From positions 1 to 30,418 of the forward strand of contig JBMYQZ010000001.1 of NCBI GenBank assembly GCA_049601855.1: 30,418 nt of DNA, given 5' to 3'. Both the position numbers and the translations under genes were made by a program. This DNA is from Limisphaerales bacterium (GTDB lineage: Bacteria; Verrucomicrobiota; Verrucomicrobiia; Limisphaerales; JAYPXF01). Shown one piece after another: positions 24,845 through 30,418 of the stretch. The number at the start of each line of letters is the position of its first letter. The stretch's first letter is position 1. Under the pieces are notes generated by a model, which was not told where the DNA came from, did no database searches, and was given only the letters and a program-made list of their open reading frames with translations.

Positions 24845-26632
24845 ATGCGCCGTTCAATTCCGATCTGCCTCATTCTTGCCCTGTGCCTCGCCTTCACACA
24901 GCAAATCGCAGCTCAAAGACCGAACGTGATCGTCTTCCTCACCGACGACCAGGGTTGGGGGGATCTGAGTATCAATGGAAACTCCAACCTCTCAACGCCC
25001 AACGTCGATTCACTCGCCCGCGATGGGGCGATGTTTGAGAACTTCTACGTCTGTGCCGTGTGTGCGCCGACGCGGGCGGAGTTTTTGACCGGGCGCTATC
25101 ATCCACGCACCGGAGTCAGTGGTGTCAGCACGGGCCAAGGGCGTTTGAACATCGACGAGACCACGATCGCGGATGTGTTCAAGTCCGCCGGCTACGCCAC
25201 GGGCGCCTTCGGCAAATGGCACAACGGTACGCAATCGCCCTATCATCCCAACGATCGCGGCTTCGACGAATACTACGGCTTCACGTCCGGCCACTGGGGC
25301 CACTACTTCAGCCCGCCCCTGGATCACAACGGGAAGAAAGTCCGCGGCAAGGGTTACGTTGTCGACGACTTCACCGACCATGCGCTCGACTTCATCGACG
25401 AGGTAACAACGAAGAACCAGGAACAAAGAACGAAGAACCCTTTCTTCATTTACCTTCCGTACAACACGCCTCACTCGCCCATGATGATCGGCGACAAGTT
25501 CTACAATAAATTCAAGGAACTCGATCCCGCCATGAAACATCGCGACCCGAAGAAGGAGGACGTGATGATGACCCGCGCCGCGTTGGCCATGTGCGAGAAT
25601 ATCGACTGGAACGTCGGTCGCGTGCTCAAGAAGCTCGACGAACTCAAACTGCGCGACGACACGATCGTGCTCTACTTCTGCGACAACGGTCCGAACTCGT
25701 GGCGTTGGAACGCCGGCATGAAGGGCCGCAAGAGTTCGGTCGACGAAGGCGGACTGCGTTCCCCACTCCACATCCGTTGGCCCGCGAAGATCAAGCCCGG
25801 CACCAAGGTCGCGCAGGTCACCGCCGCCATCGATCTGCTGCCTACCCTGGCTGGCATGGCAGGAATCACCTCGAAGCCGGCGAAGCCGCTGGACGGTCGC
25901 AGCTTTGCAAGGCTCTTGTTCAATGATGCAGCCAAGTTGCCCGCCCGCGATCTATTCAGCGTCTGGCGCAAGAGGTCAACCGTTCGCACGGAACGCTTCC
26001 GCCTGGATTCCGTCGGCAGGCTCTACGACATCCGCCATGATCGGGGACAGAACAAGGACGTTTCCCGGAAGCACCCCCGGGAAACCGCCCGCCTCCGCAA
26101 AGCCTTGGCCCAACACAAGCAGGAGATGGACGTGTTGAACCAACGGTTTGCCGATCGCCCCTTCACCGTTGGTTACGCCAAGTCCACCACGCTCCCCGCC
26201 CGTGACGGTGTTCCGCATGGAACGATCCAACGCAGTTCCAAAGCGCCGAACAACTCCTTCTTCAAAAACTGGACCAGCACCGACGACTCCATCACCTGGG
26301 ACATCGAAGTCGGCCGGGAAGGCATGTACGACGCGACCGTCTACTACACCTGCGCCAAGGGTGACGTCGGTTCGCATATGCTCCTCCACGCCGATGGAGA
26401 CCGGGCCGACTCAATCGAACAAGTCGTCAGCAAAGCCTTCGACCCGCCCCTCTACAACAAGTCCAAGGAACGTGTGGAGAAGTCGCACTACTTCGTGAAA
26501 GACTTCAAACCCCTGAAGATGGACGGTCCCATCAAACTCGAAAAAGGTCGGGCTCTCCTCCGCCTCCGTGTGCTGCAGATCACGGGCGAACAGGCGATCG
26601 ACGTGCATTCGGTTGAACTGGTCAGGAAGTAG
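24845..26632 (+). CDS. Secreted S1 sulfatase with C-terminal beta-sandwich domain
   Basis: Start ATG 24845 (MRRSIPICLILAL), PNVIVFLTDDQGW, CAPTR, FGKWH, CDNG, and DEGGLRSP. Confidence 0.95.
   Translation: MRRSIPICLILALCLAFTQQIAAQRPNVIVFLTDDQGWGDLSINGNSNLSTPNVDSLARDGAMFENFYVCAVCAPTRAEFLTGRYHPRTGVSGVSTGQGRLNIDETTIADVFKSAGYATGAFGKWHNGTQSPYHPNDRGFDEYYGFTSGHWGHYFSPPLDHNGKKVRGKGYVVDDFTDHALDFIDEVTTKNQEQRTKNPFFIYLPYNTPHSPMMIGDKFYNKFKELDPAMKHRDPKKEDVMMTRAALAMCENIDWNVGRVLKKLDELKLRDDTIVLYFCDNGPNSWRWNAGMKGRKSSVDEGGLRSPLHIRWPAKIKPGTKVAQVTAAIDLLPTLAGMAGITSKPAKPLDGRSFARLLFNDAAKLPARDLFSVWRKRSTVRTERFRLDSVGRLYDIRHDRGQNKDVSRKHPRETARLRKALAQHKQEMDVLNQRFADRPFTVGYAKSTTLPARDGVPHGTIQRSSKAPNNSFFKNWTSTDDSITWDIEVGREGMYDATVYYTCAKGDVGSHMLLHADGDRADSIEQVVSKAFDPPLYNKSKERVEKSHYFVKDFKPLKMDGPIKLEKGRALLRLRVLQITGEQAIDVHSVELVRK
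25408..25438 (+). repeat. Tandem heptamer repeat inside the sulfatase CDS
   Basis: AACGAAG AACCAGG AACAAAG AACGAAG AAC, translated as TKNQEQRTKN. Confidence 0.7.
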
Positions 26633-26640
26633 CCGAGGAT

Positions 26641-27483
26641 CTACTTCGTCCGCTGCATCGCCGGCGTCGTCCAGTAGAGGTCCTTGACCCGTAAGCGTCC
26701 GCCCGGCGGCAACCAGGTTTCGTGTGCGACGGACATCTTTGTGCTGCCGCGCTGCACTTCATCGCCGCGAATGGCGACGTTGAAGACCAGGTTTTCCATC
26801 GTCGAATTGTGAACGAATGAAATCCCGCGTTCCTGGCCCGGTTCGAGCGTCAGTTCCTTCGCCCGGGCGGTCCTCACCACCGCATCCGCGCCGAGTTGCT
26901 TCTCCAAGATATCCAATTCCTGCTTCAGTTCCGGCGGGCCGTCATCCGCTTCTTTCCCCAGTCGTTTCCGCAGGCGTAGCAGTTTCTCCTGCTCGTTGGT
27001 GAGCTTCAAGCGCTCGGCAAACTTGATGATTTCGATCTTTGCCGACTCGGCGATCTTGAGCTGCGGTCCGTGGAGGCTGGGAATCTTCAAGCCATTCAAA
27101 TCGATCAGCTTCGACTTCGGGTTGAGATCAATCTTGAAGAAGAAATGTTCCGACACCGGGCTGGCGTAGACGCTCCAATCGCCTTGCCAGCGAAAAAGCT
27201 GGTTGGTGGAGATGACCAACCGCGTGCCCGGGCATTCCGACAAGGCCTTGAGAAACCCGTTCAACGCCTCGGTATTTCCGCGGTAACTCCACTGCGCGCT
27301 CAAATTGAAGAAACTCCCTTCCTCGAATTTGCAGTCTTTCCGATTCAAGGCCGCCTCAACCTGTTTCATCGCCTCCGGCGGGCATCCCTTCGGCGGATAA
27401 GACTCCGGCCGCGAGATCGGCCCGCTCCATGCGGCCGCTTCATGGACCACTACCAACGAAAACAAAACGATCAGCTTTCTCAT
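26641..27483 (-). CDS. Hypothetical secreted protein
   Basis: 280-aa ORF with signal-like MRKLIVLFSLVVVHEAAA, filling the gap between convergent and divergent neighbours; no family recognised. Confidence 0.7.
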   Translation of the reverse strand: MRKLIVLFSLVVVHEAAAWSGPISRPESYPPKGCPPEAMKQVEAALNRKDCKFEEGSFFNLSAQWSYRGNTEALNGFLKALSECPGTRLVISTNQLFRWQGDWSVYASPVSEHFFFKIDLNPKSKLIDLNGLKIPSLHGPQLKIAESAKIEIIKFAERLKLTNEQEKLLRLRKRLGKEADDGPPELKQELDILEKQLGADAVVRTARAKELTLEPGQERGISFVHNSTMENLVFNVAIRGDEVQRGSTKMSVAHETWLPPGGRLRVKDLYWTTPAMQRTK

Positions 27484-27579
27484 GACTTGTCTGAATACTA
27501 CGACAAATCCAGATGATGTTCCTTAGGAAGTATTCATTCAACCCCGCCCGCCGATGAGGCAGACTGGGGGAAGCAATTT

Positions 27580-29859
27580 GTGAAGGATCTCATACTCAAA
27601 CTCTTGGGCCGCAAGAACTACGTGCCGGCCAACGTCTCGGAACTGGCCCAGCACCTCCGTCTGGAAGTCCGGCGGGAACAGGAACTTCGGCGCGAATTGC
27701 GCCGCTTGGAACGCTCGGGACACATCGCCCGTGTAAAGGGCGATCGCTACATCATTCCGGAGGAGGCGGACCTGATTCCCGGGCGGATCCAGATCACCCG
27801 CGGCGGTCGGGGCTTTCTCACTCCGGACGATCCGAAGCTCAAGGAAATCGCGATTCCTGCGGAGGCGACCGGAACAGCGCTGCACGAGGATCATGTGTTG
27901 GTGCGATTGGACGTGCGCCGCCCGCGCTCCCGGTCAGCCGCGGAGACTGGCCCATCCGGATCCGTGGTGCGAGTGCTTGAGCGTCGTCGCACCCAAGTCG
28001 TGGGCACGCTGCATCGCTCCAAGAAATTCCTCCACGTCGTGCCGGACGATCCACGCATGCGCCAGGATATCTACGTGCCCGAGCCCAAGGACGTCGGCCG
28101 CCCGGCACGAATGGGCGACAAGGTGGTGGTGGAACTCGGCGAATGGGAATCCAAACACACCAATCCCGAAGGCGAGATCATCGAGGTCTTGGGGCCGCCC
28201 GATGCCGAAGGCGTCGACATGCTCGGTGTCCTGCGGCACTACAACCTTCCGCTGAAGTTTCCGCGCAAGGTCCTGCAGGAAGTGCGACGCATTGGCGACC
28301 GCGTGACCGACAAGGATTGCACTGGACGAACCGATTGCCGCGAGCACGCTGTGATCACGATCGATCCGGACGATGCCAAGGATTTCGATGACGCGATCTG
28401 TCTTGAACGCACACCCGACGGGAATTGGAAACTGTGGGTCCACATCGCTGACGTTTCCCACTACGTGAAACCCGGGTCCGCCTTGGACGAAGAGGCGCGC
28501 AAACGCGGCAACTCCACCTACCTCGTCGACCGCGTGATTCCGATGCTGCCCGAGGCCTTGAGCAACGAACTTTGTTCACTCAAACCCGATGTCGATCGCC
28601 TGACCAAGTGCGTTGAATTCCTGATCGGCAATGACGGCCGGGTGCTCAAGTCGCGTTGTTATCCGGCGATCATCCATTCCCAACGGCGCTACTCCTATCA
28701 GGAAGCCTTACAGGTCCTGCGCGGCAAGCCGCAAGGCCCGTTGGAAAAGATGCTCTGCGATGCCAACCGACTGGCGCAGAAGATCCGTCGCCACCGGTTT
28801 CGCAATGGCTCCCTCGATCTCGACTTCCCAGAAAACAAGATTCGGTTGGATGACCACGGAAAAGTGCTCCGGATCGAACGGTTGGAGAACGACGAATCTC
28901 ATCAGCTCATCGAGGAGTTCATGTTGCTGGCCAACGAGGCCGTCGCCTCCAAGCTGATGCAATCCCGCAAGCCGACGGTCTATCGCGTACATGAAGAGCC
29001 CGAAGCCAAACGACTCGCCGAATATCGCGAAGACGTCCTGAGCCACAACATCCCCTGCGGAAATTTGAGCAAGCCTGGTGAGGTCCAGAAGCTCCTGCGT
29101 CGCTTGTCAGATCTCCCCATCGGCCCTGCGCTCAAGATCGGGTTTCTCAAGTCACTCATGCGAGCCCGCTACGCCGCTGAGCCACTGGGGCACTACGGAC
29201 TGGCCAAGCAGAAGTACACCCACTTCACCTCCCCGATCCGTCGCTACGCCGACCTGATTGTCCACCGCAGCCTCTTCGGGAAGAAACCGGGCAACGCCGG
29301 CGCGATGAAAGAGACCGCCGATCACATCTCCCGCACGGAACGCAACTCCGCCGACGCCGAACGCGACAGCAAGGACGTAAAGCTCTACGCCTACCTCAAC
29401 GCCCAGCTCAAGTCTGGCAATCCACATCGCTATCCCGCCCTCGTCACCGACATCCGCAACTTTGGCTTCTTCGTCGACGTCGAAGACCTCGGCATGAGCG
29501 GTCTCGTCCCACTCTCCACGCTCGACGACGACTTCTACATCTTCGACCCGCAACGTCACCAGGTCGTCGGCCGCCGCACCCGACGCGTGATCCGCCTCGG
29601 CGACACCGTCGATGTGCAGGTCTCCAAAGTCGACCACCTCAAGAAACGCGTCGATTTCCGCCTGGCAGCCACCGGCAAGAAGAGAGGGAAGACAAAGCGC
29701 TACTCCAAACCCAAAGAAAGCGGGCCAAGGAGAGATACCAAGGAGCAACCCTCCAAGCGCAAGAAGTCTGGCCGAGGATCGTTCAAGTCCTCCTCGTCAT
29801 CACGCCCTCCGATTCCCACCGGTGCAAAACCCAAACGCAAATCGCGGCGCCGCCGATAA
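27580..29859 (+). CDS. rnr: Ribonuclease R
   Basis: GTG start, N-terminal HTH, CSD (GRGFL), RNB motifs TIDPDDAKDFDDA, VHIADVSHYV, RGNSTY and YTHFTSPIRRYADL, an S1 domain, and a basic tail. Confidence 0.97.
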   Translation: MKDLILKLLGRKNYVPANVSELAQHLRLEVRREQELRRELRRLERSGHIARVKGDRYIIPEEADLIPGRIQITRGGRGFLTPDDPKLKEIAIPAEATGTALHEDHVLVRLDVRRPRSRSAAETGPSGSVVRVLERRRTQVVGTLHRSKKFLHVVPDDPRMRQDIYVPEPKDVGRPARMGDKVVVELGEWESKHTNPEGEIIEVLGPPDAEGVDMLGVLRHYNLPLKFPRKVLQEVRRIGDRVTDKDCTGRTDCREHAVITIDPDDAKDFDDAICLERTPDGNWKLWVHIADVSHYVKPGSALDEEARKRGNSTYLVDRVIPMLPEALSNELCSLKPDVDRLTKCVEFLIGNDGRVLKSRCYPAIIHSQRRYSYQEALQVLRGKPQGPLEKMLCDANRLAQKIRRHRFRNGSLDLDFPENKIRLDDHGKVLRIERLENDESHQLIEEFMLLANEAVASKLMQSRKPTVYRVHEEPEAKRLAEYREDVLSHNIPCGNLSKPGEVQKLLRRLSDLPIGPALKIGFLKSLMRARYAAEPLGHYGLAKQKYTHFTSPIRRYADLIVHRSLFGKKPGNAGAMKETADHISRTERNSADAERDSKDVKLYAYLNAQLKSGNPHRYPALVTDIRNFGFFVDVEDLGMSGLVPLSTLDDDFYIFDPQRHQVVGRRTRRVIRLGDTVDVQVSKVDHLKKRVDFRLAATGKKRGKTKRYSKPKESGPRRDTKEQPSKRKKSGRGSFKSSSSSRPPIPTGAKPKRKSRRRR

Positions 29860-29889
29860 CCGACCTAGTGAGGCCGTTGCGAAAGATCG

Positions 29890-30418
29890 TCACTCTTGGG
29901 AGGGAGGCTCCTCATCCTCCTGAGCTGAAAGTCGATCCGTCAGTCGGTCGAGTTTGGCTTCCAGCTTCTCGAGGCGGTTTTCCATCGCCGAGAGTTGCTG
30001 GAGAATTCGTCCCTCCTCGCTCACCACACTCTTCTCCTGCTCCAAGATCACGCCCTCTTTCTCGATGATCTCGTCGCCCCTTTTCAGGATTCTTTCTTCC
30101 TTCTCGATGAACTCCTCCTCGTCGCGGGCTATGATGAAGGCGGAGAACGTTGCCGTGATCAGCGAAAACAACCCGAGCCCCAGAATCATGAGCAGTCCGC
30201 CGAAGATCCTGCCCTGCGGGCTCTGCGGGACCAAGTCGCCGTAGCCGACGGTCGTGACCGTCACCCAGGCCCACCAGATACCGTCCCATGGGGAGTTGAT
30301 CGCCGGGTCGATCGCGGCGATGAAGATGCCTGCCATGACGACGATGATGAAGCTGACCAGCAACGTCGGCCCCAGGCTGTTCTTGGCCAGGGTGCGGCGG
30401 ATGGTCGTCGACATTTCG
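29890..30418 (-). CDS. Potassium channel protein (KcsA/Ion_trans_2-like pore), probably 5'-truncated by the window edge
   Basis: WWAWVTVTTVGYGD selectivity filter between two TM helices, then a C-terminal coiled coil. The frame is open up to the window end (GAA before ATG 30414). Confidence 0.9.
   Translation of the reverse strand, partial: EMSTTIRRTLAKNSLGPTLLVSFIIVVMAGIFIAAIDPAINSPWDGIWWAWVTVTTVGYGDLVPQSPQGRIFGGLLMILGLGLFSLITATFSAFIIARDEEEFIEKEERILKRGDEIIEKEGVILEQEKSVVSEEGRILQQLSAMENRLEKLEAKLDRLTDRLSAQEDEEPPSQE

Noticed and set aside
1520-25771. Long antisense or overlapping ORFs (e.g. 1520-2536+, 4994-5731+, 7198-8313-, 11250-12212-, 17700-18497-, 18754-19605-, 25010-25771-)
   Set aside because: They lie opposite well-supported genes in high-GC DNA and have no recognisable motifs; they are shadow ORFs.
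26626-26647. Inverted repeat GAAGTAG/CTACTTC with a GTAG head
   Set aside because: It is only 7 bp and is formed by the AAG-TAG ends of two convergent genes; no REP-like stem follows.
1-30418. CRISPR array, rRNA/tRNA, prophage or defence system
   Set aside because: There are no regularly spaced repeats with unique spacers, no cas, phage or defence motifs recognised, and no intergenic gap with rRNA or tRNA features.

Overview
Accessory and metabolic region, probably from a PVC-superphylum bacterium, most likely Verrucomicrobiota. This is inferred from PVC-type heme and dehydrogenase proteins, four sulfatases and an ECF-sigma/Ser-Thr-kinase pair. In order, the window holds: the 3' end of a DEAD-box helicase; a Ser/Thr kinase (probably frameshifted) with its ECF sigma; a PAS-AraC regulator; a sulfatase; a Gfo/Idh/MocA oxidoreductase with an in-frame TGA; two more sulfatases bracketed by 37-bp direct repeats; a ThuA+cytochrome c protein and a heme-less PVC-type dehydrogenase-domain protein; two fused, damaged REP-associated tyrosine transposases (RAYT); a coupled operon of an AGCS symporter with a ~155-aa inserted domain, an HpsN-like dehydrogenase, a DegT-family PLP enzyme and DUF1810; an NTF2-like protein; a metzincin with an in-frame TAA; a GNAT-PLP enzyme fusion; a fourth sulfatase; a hypothetical secreted protein; RNase R; and a partial K+ channel. 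Intergenic DNA carries several palindromic repeat families (GTAG-type REPs with compensatory stem changes, and 82-bp inverted-repeat elements), and one arm of such a repeat encodes the signal peptides of two different sulfatases. No rRNA, tRNA or CRISPR array was seen. The best candidates for new biology are the symporter/HpsN-like/PLP operon (possible aminosulfonate catabolism), the repeat-derived signal-peptide module, the RAYT-REP association and the GNAT-PLP fusion. All family calls are by eye from motifs; no searches were run.
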